Below are positions 47,801 through 60,100 of a stretch of 64,000 nt of DNA, piece after piece. Each line of letters starts with the position of its first letter. The stretch's first letter is position 1. Source of the stretch: Perna viridis (Eukaryota). The notes under the pieces were generated by a model that saw nothing but the letters and a program-made list of their open reading frames with translations, was not told the DNA's origin and did not search any database. The stretch lies in contig CM074511.1 of NCBI GenBank assembly GCA_037379345.1, forward strand, positions 16,554,001 to 16,618,000, in the 5' to 3' direction. The position numbers were made by a program, and so were the translations under genes.

Positions 47801-50722
47801 CAATTCCGGCAATTCACATTCAATCTGACAATACGCGTTCATACATTCGTAGATTTAAATATAAATGGTTATATTAATAGAAGATGTATACATATTTTGT
47901 CAAAAATATAGTTTTATCTATATATTTTGAAATTGCAATGTGCATGATATTCAAAATCAATGTGTTATACAAATAAGATGAGAAAAAAAGTACATCAAAT
48001 ATAAGTATATAAGAAAGGGACTAATTATCTTATCTAGTCACACAGTTGTCCAAAGTAAACACATGGAAAAATATACAACACAAGCAACCAGAGGATAAAC
48101 GGAAGCATGTCAATGGTCTTCCGATAGAGCATGGATGAACTTTATTTTCGAAATTTATAAATACATATCAAATGTTTAATATGCTGAAAAAAAAACATTA
48201 TTTGGATTATTCGAATACAAATACATGACATCTTGAATGTTGTACATGTGTCACGGCCTTGTATCCGATCCCATATTTACTGAAAGATCATGACATTTCG
48301 GATATTGTACATGTGGCACAGCCTTATACCCGAACATCATTTACTGATTTCTTTTAAATTTTTAATACAATGTGAGGTCAACTAATTACGTATGCATGTT
48401 TTGTGGTGCAATAATTATTTCAGTAAGTGTACGATTTTTTCTAAGAGCAAGTAGGTAAAGTAATATAATCTTTTTTTTTTGCCCAAACATGATGAGTACT
48501 TTTATGCTGATTAGTTTGTTTCTAAGAATTTATCATATTTATTGACTGTTGTAACAAAGAAATTGTATTCCAGGAATTAATAGATTTATGAAAGACATAG
48601 AGGTCATGCTTGGATTTAAAATGCTATTTGTTTGGAAAGTGTTATGGTTGGCAATAAGTCCTCTTGTACTAGTTGTAAGTTTTATTGAGATAAAAAACGA
48701 CACGAAACAAAATATTTAAAGTAAAACATAGAGTTTTTGTTAAACCACATTTTACATAAAAGACTTAGGAATATTTATAGATCTCGTAGAGCATGTAGTT
48801 GTTCAACAGTTCTTGTCAAAGAAAGATAACTCTTAACAGCTTATGTTGTTAATAAGAAATCGTATTTGAATGTCAGTAAAATGGTGCAAAATTTTATGAT
48901 TTATGATAAATAATTATTTGTGTCAAGAGAAATGAGTTATCTGTTTTCAAAAAAAATATATTTTAAAGAATAATTCGATGTTGTTAAACAATTTTAACTT
49001 TTCAGTTTATCTTTGTGTTTACATTTGTGGATTATGAACCCTCGACGTACGGTGTTTATAAGTTTCCAACATGGGCTGATGGTTTAGGATGGTTCCTGGC
49101 TGTAATGATGGTTATTTCAATACCTATAGTAGTACTTTACAGAATTGGACATGCTGACTCTTATCTTACGCTGCGTGAGGTGAGTCAAACACACTTTAAA
49201 TGTCCTTTGTTATGTGGTAATATGTTACCGAAAATATTTTAAAGATGCATTAACTGAAACTGTACAGTCAAAAGGGACATCAGATAGGCAATTTTAGCTG
49301 GTACATAACATTTAAGTAATCAAAGGAACCAAGGTTATAGCGGTAATCAAAAGAATGTAATCCAGGGACAAAGACCCGACATGGAAAACAGACATACACA
49401 ACAAAGAACATACAGTAACTAAAATCATACATACAAAGTAACAAAAGCAAATGAGCAACTCGGACTCCACTAAAAACTGGGAGCATGGACCAGATGCACC
49501 GGTAGGGTAAGCGTCCTCTGCTTTTCTAGAAACACCCGCCGAGTTGCTCACAAAAAGTCGTCCGGGGTAGACAATTGAGGAAAGGAAAACTATGACCCGT
49601 TGAATAAATCTTTTTTCATGGTGCAGATTTAAGTGCGATGAAATGCTATTTCACTTAATTCTGTAGTGACGCAACAAAAAATTCGTCAGGACCTCTATAT
49701 TAAATAACACCTCGTGCTATGAATAAGCTTACTTTTGTTTGGTGTTGTTCATAATATAAAATACAAAATAGCCCTAATAATCAGGATATATAAATAACAA
49801 ATGGTTGAATTTGTTCTACAGAAAGTGCGAGAATTGATGTCTCCTACAGATGAATGGGGACCTGCATTGGTGAAACATCGTCAGTTAGTTACGTATGTAG
49901 ATGATTGGGTCTTAGATCCATGGGTTGAGAGAGGAGCGTACCTTAATAAAGCATACTCCAGCTCCCGGTCTTTGGACAAATCTTACATATCATCTAGGGT
50001 AGGATATGTTTAATCCAATTAAGTTAAGGCAACTGAGTGTTTCTGATTTTGACTAAGCACATATAATGATGCATTTTGGGGAAAGTAATGCATTGAATTA
50101 CCATTACCTTTGAAGCAAAATTAAGAGCATTACACATTACATTGAATAACTTGAAAAAAACTAATGCATTACAAAGCATTACCATTACACTCATTAAAAT
50201 TACCCCATGCCTGATATGAACTAACAGATGAGATATCATATTCTACTAATATACATGTATGACAAAGTATAGCAACAGAGGAAACAAAAATTCTAATGAA
50301 TAAAACAAAGATGAATAACGTGAAATGATAGGGCTTTAAAACTATAAACATGTCGGTTACTTTTTTGTGTCAAATGGTTAGTGTCAAGGTGTTAAACTTT
50401 AGATAAAAGTTGAAAAGATTTTCATGCAAAAATAACATTATACATATAATACATGTATCAAAATTTAAAATAACATTTCAATGCTACTAACCTCAAATTG
50501 AAAAATTAACATATGTCTTATTATATATATATTTTTCTAATTTTTTTAAACTTTTTATTTATGTACATGTCGCATACAAAAATTGAAGCATTTAGACATG
50601 CATTGTCATTTTCATAGGCTTCCAGCGTATATTCAATACCAGGATATCGAAAATCAGCTGGGCAGTTATCAGAAGCTGGAGTATCGAGAATAACAACCCA
50701 GACGCTTGAATCGACAGTGTGA
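38860..50722 (+). CDS. SLC6: SLC6/NSS Na+(Cl-)-dependent transporter, amino-acid (GlyT/PROT-like) subgroup
   Basis: The core exons are all phase-consistent: 41240-41693, 42014-42173, 42605-42737, 43159-43293, 43880-43983, 44524-44648, 45209-45321, 45906-46034, 46813-46912, 48574-48674, 49006-49179, 49822-49998 (or read-through to the stop at 50013), 50618-50722. Motifs are [70 protein letters not shown] and WGPA. The 5' exons 38860-38895, 39966-40073 and 40821-40937 are less certain. Confidence 0.93.
42390..42417. repeat. (AATC)7 microsatellite
   Basis: Read directly in an SLC6 intron. Confidence 0.9.
42879..42965. repeat. 45-bp tandem duplication inside a diverged interspersed repeat
   Basis: aataatacca.(a/g)agtagact.agaacacatcgcacagcacaa starts at 42879 and 42924. 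Confidence 0.85.
46285..46430 (+). repeat. Partial copy, opposite orientation, of the 49317-49630 repeat family
   Basis: gctcccagtttttagtggagtccgggttactcatttac matches the reverse complement of about 49447-49485. Confidence 0.75.
48224..48347. repeat. Diverged ~65-bp tandem duplication
   Basis: catgacat..ga..ttgtacatgtg.cac.gcctt..t..ccga...catatttactga occurs twice. Confidence 0.7.
49317..49630 (-). mobile_element. ~310-bp structured interspersed repeat (SINE-like or retroelement-derived, class unassigned)
   Basis: Copies lie at 49317-49630, 54860-55012, 56345-56616 and 46285-46430, with diverged ones at ~52948-53110 and ~42780-43060. There is an internal 12-bp inverted repeat, tgagcaactcgg (49452-49463) / ccgagttgctca (49539-49550). 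Confidence 0.75.
50075..50213 (-). repeat. CATTA-rich MITE fragment ending taccccatgcctg
   Basis: Repeated cattac/gcattac words and a CAGGCATGGGGTAAT-type end on the minus strand. Confidence 0.45.
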
Positions 50723-53384
50723 AATATGGAAAACAACATATGCTTCTTATTTATGACTTGACAAAACACATTATTGTTTTATAAAACTCCCGGTGTTACA
50801 ATCAATCTAATTGATGGCAAATGTCGGCTCGTTGTTGCAGTCTTGTGGAAATGGATGACAATCAACCAAATAATTGTGTGATAAAAACTGTTGGTTATTA
50901 CAATTTCAAAATATTAATTTACGTATATACTCTATTTTAAGATATTAAGCTGTCTTATACATTGTCTTTTTACAAACGCGTAGTTATTTTTTTTTAAGTA
51001 GTTATAAATTTGTAATTTTTGATTTTGCATTTTTTGTTGTTGTAACGTTATATATGATATGTTAACAATGTACCAGGATGTATTTTTTATTGGATTATTT
51101 TGGGAATTACTTCTGGTAACTTATATTACTGATTCATTTTACTGAGATGAGATTACACTTTAGTTTTAATTGAATTTCCTTCCCATTGTATATCGTATTA
51201 GTAATATTCGTCATCGGCATTTACATCTCTGTATCTTTTAACTTTAAAGATTGTTTTTAATACATTTCAAATGTTCATAAAATCATTTAAGTGTCAATAT
51301 AAAATAAAAATGATGATTTTAAGTAACTAAAATGTTGGTGAATGAAAGTGATACATCGCGATGTTGCTACATTTACCATCATCCCAAACTTTATTCGGGA
51401 CACAATAAACAATTGGTTTTAATTAAATGAAAATGAATAAGTGCATTTGCTGTTCTAAACATATATATTTCAAAGAAAAGCTGTGCTCACATATCGGTAA
51501 TGCATGTTCAATATTATAGAATGAATATGTACTGTTGCTTATTTATAAGAAATGAAGTAAGATACAAAGAGTAAGTTTGGCACTCTAGTAAAACATTTGT
51601 ATTAAGAAATGCTATCAAATATTTAATGCGATACGTTTTGAGTTATGTACATATGTAAATACTTTAAAAAACTTGAAATTATAAAGGATTAATACAACGG
51701 AATTTGATGATGAGAATTCCTGTCAGTTTTATTCATGTTGATGAGGTTCAGGGAATAAACGATAAAGATACTTCACTCATACTCTAAACAATTGACTGAG
51801 ATGCCAACAAGGCATGTACGTGTGAGCTTAACTATGTAAACAACGGTGGAAAAAGTTTTAAGACGCGAGTTTGAGCAGATTTGATATTAATTATCTTCAA
51901 ATATGAAACTAAGTGTGCTGCAAACTACATAATTAATTTTCAATTTGGTAGATGATTCAAATTACAGAGTCTTAAAAACGTTAATAAACAGCATGATATA
52001 ATGATTTTTGGGAGCATTCAGTTATTAATCAGCTTCCAATTTTCTGTTTGATAAGACTATGTAAACGGAACTATTTAGCGAATTGGTTACATCACTCTAT
52101 CTCATACTACAGATGCTGGAGTGATTAATCTCTTGGGAGTAAAATTGTAATTTGACGAGTATTCAGAAAGGTAAGAGCATTTTGCTTCCTTTAATACTTT
52201 AACTGTGTAAGTGCTGAGTAACCTAACTTGCATTTACATTTAGAGATATAATGTTTGTTTTTCTGAATCGAAATATAAGAATTAAATCAGTTTCAAATAC
52301 AGCTTCCCCAGTTCTAATAGTATTTACCTGTGCTTTTTCTCACCTGCCGCGATGAGTCAGAGAAATCGACATAAAAATAGGAGTGATGGTTAATATGACA
52401 AACTTGCAATAATATAGGCACAAAAAGGTAATTTAAGGTGAATTTGACCGGTTGATTCTTCAAGAGCGAGAGATAAAAATAAAATATCTTGTTTGATGTG
52501 TGTAGTAGTCTGATAAGTTTAATCAATACTTTTCTGGCAGACGATTCTTTGTAGCGCGTGCAAAAAGTGTTGAAAGGTAAGAAAAGTTTGTTTACAATAC
52601 TATTTTTGCTCCTGTAGTTTCCCCTTTTCTCGCTCTTTTCCTGTAATTACAAGTAACACATTCGTCAGTACGCCTAATTGACCACTATTTTGTGCATCAG
52701 CGCTTTGTTACTATATAAATAGATAAGAGATGATTTTTTTCTTCATAGGAATGTATTATATTTCATACGTTTCATATTATTACACAAACTCATAATAATT
52801 ATTTTTACTCGTATCTGAAAAAGACGCTTGAGCTTGTCTGAAATGTTTGTGTTTTGTTTTATTATGAGTATACTCGTCGTTGTGGAAAGGACTTCCCCAT
52901 CATAAAACCAGATTCTATCACAATGTCGTAGTTCATTAGGATTTGACATTATATGAGTAACCCGGTGAGTGGTTCTTACGGGTTCACTTACTTTGTACCC
53001 AAAGGTTTTAGCGGAGTACGGGTTTTATATTTATTATTTACTTTGTGTGTGTTTTCTTTTAGTTAATTATCTTGTTTATGGTCTGTGTCTGTATCAAGTC
53101 TATGTCGTCAGATGCATGATATCCTGTTCCTGAAAGTATTGTCTCCTCCTAGCTTTTTCACCCTTAATGAAACTGATAAAGAATGCAAAATATATACATT
53201 AACCACAAAACAATTCTTTGCGTCTGGTTTTGTTTTGGCAGCTGGTATTGCGAATATTTGAATGCGTGCTTATTTTTGTACAGGTATAATCTTAACCGTA
53301 TCATAAATCATATTTAAATTATATAAATAGGTATTCAAGGTAAATTAATGAAATAGATCAGTTAGTAAGATGTTAATCGTTAGG

Positions 53385-53843
53385 CATGTCCCGACACAAC
53401 TAATCGATCAAACTGACCATGATCAGTTATCGGTCACAAATCGAATTATTATTGATTGATTACCTCTGTTCATCGGACAATTATCGATCAAACTCCCTAC
53501 AGAGTTTGATCGATGTTTAAGATGAATAAAAAGTGATCATTTTTTTATAAGTGATCGGTTAAAACTTAATTGTTGTTAAGTAGTCAGGAATAGTTCAAAT
53601 GTCTAAGAAATATACTTCTTGCCCATTTTAATGCAATTTAATTACCAAAAGTAATTTACTTCAAAGATTTTTTCAAAGTAACCAATAATCGATCAAACTT
53701 TGACCAGAAATTTCTAATCGAAATCCTCGATCAAACCCTTTGGGAATGTGATCGACAAGTGTTCGATAAACAAAGCTTATCAATTGATTATCATTCGATT
53801 TATATCCGATGAGTGGTTGATGATCAATATATGTCGGGGCTTG
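53385..53843. mobile_element. ~460-bp MITE with short TIRs and ATCGATCAAAC subrepeats
   Basis: The left end catgtcccgacac and right end atgtcggggcttg are near reverse complements. Several internal atcgatcaaac words occur in both orientations. Confidence 0.65.
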
Positions 53844-54859
53844 TGTACATTGGTCTCTATTCTCTTGTATGTATTATATTTAAAAATTATCACATTCTAC
53901 ATGCTTTATGTCCTTAAGAAGTATACACATGATATTATTTCGAATGATATTAATTAAATCATTTCATATTCAGCATTTACCCTAAACATTTATTTTTAAG
54001 TATATTTAAGTTTCAATACACATAATATTTGAAGGCCTGAATATTTTGTTTAAGCTTTCAAATGTCAAATAGTCAAATTTGGCGACCAAAACTGACACCA
54101 AACACCTAAACGTTCCTAGTGTACAGTGTTATAACAGGCTTAAATATAAATATTTTTATCTAATACGATATTTCTTTCCTTGTTATATTAAACATCTGAC
54201 TGAACAAAGTCGCAAATTTCAGTTTCGTTTCTTTCTAACTCACAAATAGTTAATCTGCAAAATGCTTTTCTAAATCTCGATTTGATACCTTCAACAACGA
54301 AATAAAAAAGAGTTATCTTCTCTTTATCTACAAACCTGCATGTGTTGCAGACAGTTAATTTTTACTTTAAAAAAACCCACTTAAACAAAGATGAACTTTC
54401 CACTTTCTACCTGTTATATAAATAAATAACTGGGAGCACCTGCTTACGCCTGTTTTAGACAGTTTTATATTGTTTCAATGGCCCGGGTCATTATTCTTCA
54501 GAAATTTAATTGTCTTTTTGACAGATTATGGTGAAAAATGATGAAGACATTGCTTAAGTAAAACCAACTAGCAGAACGAAAGGCTCGCAAAACGCAACTT
54601 TCAGGAAAATAATCTAAGGCAAACTGACAAATTTGTCAAGGCTAAGTCTTATAAGCTTTTTCAATACACTATCGAACTTCAAATTATTACTTCAATTATT
54701 GGATACACTGTTAAATATCAGATTCTAGTAATGATTGACTGTAAGTCAGTTTCGAAAGACATGCAAACTATGTTGTTCGTTTGAGTGAAGGTTTGATTCC
54801 TATTAAACGAACATTTTATATATTCTACTAGTTTCAACGTTACGTAGTCCATGCAAAAG

Positions 54860-55012
54860 AGGGAACCAAGGTTATAGCGGTAATCAAAAGAATGTAATCC
54901 AGGGACAAAGACCAGACATGGAAAACAGACATACACAACAAAGAACATAAAGTGACTAAAATCATACATATAAAGTAAAAAAAGTAAATGAGCAACTCGG
55001 ACTCCACTAAAA
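54860..55012 (-). repeat. Truncated copy of the 49317-49630 repeat
   Basis: Near-identical ggaaccaaggttatagcggtaatcaaaagaatgtaatccagggacaaagacc...gagcaactcggactccactaaaa. Confidence 0.9.
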
Positions 55013-56344
55013 GTAGTCCTGTCTTTTTAATCACTGCTGCTCGATAAATAACATAGTACAAACTAGTATTGGAGTTTTATTTTACCTCGAGTGCTTAATT
55101 CTAAAATCAAAACTGGTATTTGAATGCTCGCATATTGCATAGATTTACTTTTAGTAACTTATAGATGTAGAGTAACGGCCGTTCCTTTCATTTTGCTTTA
55201 TAACTATATTTGTGGTTTCTATCCATGAGGTTTGAATAATCGTTAAAATTAAATTGTCGTAAGTAAGAGCATTTTTATTTCAAGAAGATCTTTTCATGTC
55301 TCCCTGCTCATATTTCGAGATTATATAGTAATACCATCAAAATTCTTTAATGTAGACAACTTGGGTGAAAATGTCATTTTCCTCTCAAAGAACACAGAAT
55401 GTTTTATTTTACACTTTATGAATACCCGCCCCTCCGACTATTAAATGCGCCTGTAATTTGGAACCAGCTTGCTTCTTTCATGTTGTAAAAGCACAATTTA
55501 AAAGCATCTGGATAAAACATATATTTGCTAAATGGCACGTGCGATGAGTTCAAAGGCTCCCAATAATAGTGTCTAATTAATTACAAACCAATATTTTTGC
55601 TTAAGCTAAATACAACATACTTATTGTTTGATTTTCATAAAATCCTAAAGCTGATGTTTGTTTAAGACTTAAAAGTTTACGGTTGAAGACATGATATATA
55701 TTCATTACTCCAAGTAGATTTTTTCAATCTATCGTCTATAACTTTTCGTTGGTCCCTCTTTGAAGATTTGGTGTATAGTGGAATGATGTAGTTCCCGGTC
55801 ATAAATTTGACATTATTTCTAAAATGTTTCATTATTTATTTTTGTACCCAATTCAACAGGTATGTTTTTGGCGTGTTAGCCCGTTCCTCTACCCGTCAAT
55901 TAATTTGTCCTCTTTTTATCATAGCAATTTCCCTAAAAATGCTGATAAGAATTTCATAAAACATGGTGTGTAGTAGGGACATATTATGTAGTTATGCATG
56001 TGTGCAGAAAATATTGAGCCCTCACAATTTGAGGAAAGTATGATTTATAAAACTTACATTTCTAATTTTACACATCTGAAACGCCTTTTTCTTGCAACAA
56101 TATGTAAATATGCATATTACCACGGTTTATTTCGTGGTGGGTATGTAAACTCCCTTTTTATTAATAAATTTCCAATTTTAACATTTTTGAATTTGGACTT
56201 ATCTATACGTCCATTCTTATGAACAAGTTACATATATATCTATTAATTTTATAAACTTAGCACTCATTACAATTGTTACTTACTGTAATATTCCTTTGAA
56301 ATATATTCATAATTGTCTCTATGGGATCCTTATATAGAAAGAGA

Positions 56345-56616
56345 AATCAAGGGAAGCAATATTATAGCGGTAAAACAGACAAACACAACAAAGAAGACAA
56401 AGTAAATAAAATCATACACACAAAGCAACAAAACCAATTGACCAACTCGGACTCAACTAAAAACTGGGAGCATGGACCAGGTGCACCGGTAAAGTAAGCG
56501 TCCTCTGCTTTTCTAGAAATATCCACCGAGTTGCTCATAAAAGTCAAGTCCAGGGTAGACGAAAGAGGAAAGGAAAACTATGACAAGTTGAACAAATTAG
56601 TTTTCATGGCGCAGAT
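56345..56616 (-). repeat. Copy of the 49317-49630 repeat
   Basis: aaaaactgggagcatggaccaggtgcaccggt..gtaagcgtcctctgcttttctagaaa...ccgagttgctca...gaggaaaggaaaactatgac. Confidence 0.9.
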
Positions 56617-57148
56617 GAGTACACCGTAACGATCCGCGAATTCATGATGACGACCATAACAATGACTTCAATCTTGTAGCAATATAAACCTGTTCCAGAA
56701 GCCTATTTGTTAGAATTCTAGCACGATACAAAAAGTATAGAAGTATATGATAACTCATTTCAGTTCCACGACATTTCTCACACTTCTCACCATTTAGAGA
56801 TGGAACCTTCACGTTCTCATTCAGATTCCTCATTATTTATTTATGTGTGCCTTTAATAAAGGTACAATCATCAACAGCGCAATTCGGATTTAAAATCAAT
56901 GTTTTGATCTTGAACTTTGTTAGTTTTATGCTGAAGAAAGATATCGGTTATCCGAAATATTCAATGTAAATTGTACTATCATTTGGTGATGATAAACATA
57001 TTTAAAAATTCATTTATTTTTTTGTTATGTTCCGCATCGTTGTCAATGATCTATCACCCCGTAAAAGTGTTTATTGATTTCAATTTAGACGATTAATTAA
57101 TATATGTAATTTAATATAATTAATGCAGATTACACTTTTTTCAGAACA

Positions 57149-60100
57149 ATGAGAAGACAATTTAGAAAACATCCCGTGTTTTGGTCTTCGACAGTTAATA
57201 TCATTTGCTTTGGTATTGTTTACTTTGTTAATGGTTGTTCTTGTACCTTATTCAGAAGAATACGTGAGTACATATTTCATCCATATGGGACAAACTATAA
57301 TACAAAACGATGCCATCTTTTACCATATTTAGTATAACATAGGTTTATTTTGTATTAAACTGACCTATCATACTATAAAAATATAGGTGTAGGTTGAACA
57401 TTGTTAAGAATAACGCTAGCTTCAAATATTTATTATAAAATTCATGTCAACAACCGGCTCATGTTTAACTCATTAAACAAATTACATAACACACTTCAAA
57501 TAGACACAGACAATGACGTATACTACACTTCGTTTGATGTCTTGTCTCCTTTAATTTTTAGACCATATCTTATCTGATATCTGTTTAATTGCATTTCATA
57601 CTATGATACCTCGAGCACCGTCTCTCCTATTAATAACATGATACCAGATGCATGATCTCAACATCCTTACTCTGGTTTTACTATTTGCTATACTGTATAC
57701 CAGCTGTATCATTTCCCTTCCGTTGGTAAGGCCTGCAATATACATCTAAAATGCTATGCCTGACCAAACTTTTAGCACGTCTTTGATAGCATTCTTGCCA
57801 TACGTAAGAAAGATAAATTCATTTAGCTGTCAATTGCTGCAGAGGTTGCTTCGTACGTTTTAATTTATATGACAAAGTTGCACTTATTACCAACCCAGAC
57901 CTCAGGTAAACATACTTACATGCAGCCCGTAATACAAAACAAATCAATATTGGTTTATTTTCGCATCTTTCAAACTCATGGTACATGTACTGTGGATAAA
58001 GGGAAAAAACAAACAGAAATATTTTAAAAGTAAAACAATTACAGTTAGGTTTCGATATTAATCAAAATGTATTTGATTTATGTAGATGTGGTAATATAAC
58101 CTGGTGTTACATTTTTTATATGACCCAAACAATTTTGTGGTCGTGTAATGGTATAAGGTGTCGTCGTCCTTAGACACTTGGTTTTCTTGCAAAACTTGAA
58201 TATCAGTTGTTTGATCTTTATGAGATTTTATAACAACCTTACAATAGGGTTCTTAACTACAAAAGAAGGTGGATGTTAAGTTTTGGGGTTGTAGTCCTAA
58301 CTATGTTAGGATTAAGAGTTAATAGAGGGCCAAAACAAGCATGTCATAGAATTTAACTATGTAACTCCAGTAACAGAAAAGTAATGCCTATAATAGTGTT
58401 GTGTATGCCCCTAACCCTACTACAAAGGCTTCTGTTTGTTGTTTTGCTACGTCAGATCTGACTCCTCCTTATCGACAGTCTTTATGGTCACTTAGTTAAT
58501 ATGCGACAGACTGAGATTCTTACCCTCACAAAAATACAGTGTCACGCCATTGCCTAAAATAATCCTGATGTTGTAAAGAAAATGTGTAATAATAAATATA
58601 TTTTAATGAAAATTGTCTTTCAGTGAATGCAAGTGATGTAAACACGTGTAAACAACCCTTATATTACGAGGTTGACACTTTATATGTAATACGAGCAAAG
58701 AATAGAATCTATAGCAGTGAATGTGAAATAAATTTCCTGGACTGGAATGATGCAATAGTAGGGCAACCTTGTGTTAGTTTATGTGTTCGTGTACATAATA
58801 ATTCCATGAAGAGTTGTGACTTTCAAATGACATATTATGATGGTCTAGGAGACTTGAATGAAAAGGTATTGTATGTTTTTTTATAAATAAAAAAAAAATA
58901 TTATTGTGCTTTGGAATCTTGTTCCGAATAGAATCTTCAGGTCGGACGTTAGTATCATGCAAATCTACAAACAAGAGATTTTTTACAAATAATTCTCTTT
59001 AAGCCATACACTCATGCGGGTACGGTTCTGCTTAGTATTTTTTTTTAACTCTTATTAAAGTGTACCGAAGGTTTTGGGGATAAAAACGAATAATTCAGAA
59101 AATAAGAAATAAAAATGCGAACTTATTTGCTGTTGATATATATTGTATCTACATTAGAAAGCCTTTAATCGTGGACACTACTAGAAATTTGTCTTACCCT
59201 ATACTTTAGATTATCACCAAGGAAAAGCAAATTATTGGAACTTAGTCAAACAGTTCTTCTACCAATTCAAAAATGCTATTCATCATGATCTCATAATCTC
59301 TGCATTTTTTGTCAAGATTTAAATTTACGTTAATTCGTCTAATGCAATTGGAGTTTGAATATTGTACAAGGTCATAGTTGCTCATTGGTCATTGTTAATT
59401 TTCAACCGAAACATTTGTCGATGAAAAGTATTGTATTCACAAAATGTGTGGTTAAATGTTTAGATTCTTAATACGATACAGATAAACATAACATTCAAAA
59501 CATAGTTAAAATACAAAAAAAAAATTTAAACAGATAAAAATATCACATATGATAAATAATGATGATGAATTGAATAAACGGTTTCATTTCAGAGCTTTAA
59601 TTGTCATTCTTTTCCTCCTATTCTTTGGTGTTCGAGGAAAAATGAAATAAAGATTGCTTTCAAAGAGTTAAAGAAATATAGAGGTGATGGTTATGACATT
59701 ACACTAGAAGTTACGTCTTATTGCTCCGATGATGATGACTCAACAGGTAAGTAATACAATAAAGATTACCTGACATTTGTAAATACAAGTCTCTCTACTT
59801 TTTGTCTCGTTTGTGCTATACGGTTATGTTATTATTCCAGTGTTTTCACGTCATAGATATCTCCTCGTTTGCAAATCAGTATCACTACTTCTTCAGTGAA
59901 CAAGATCTTGAAAAGAAAAATACTTAGCATCATTGATATTACTGATCTTAGTAAATGTGAAAAAATTCATTCGACTAGGATTGTTTGTATCAATATATTA
60001 CATTGTCATTATTTTCAGCGATGCAACTTCTGCAATATTATAGGTATTTAGAATTTACCTTAATCGAACTTCCAAATAAAAATACATTTGTAAGGTATGA

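Noticed and set aside
50521-50769. 82-aa minus-strand ORF
   Set aside because: It is better explained as antisense to the SLC6 terminal exon 50618-50722.
49280-56547. Similar ORFs 49280-49486, 49312-49551, 54718-54969, 54840-55061, 56362-56547 (and 46236-46451) as a small protein family
   Set aside because: They are translations of one interspersed repeat in different frames, with frameshifts between copies.
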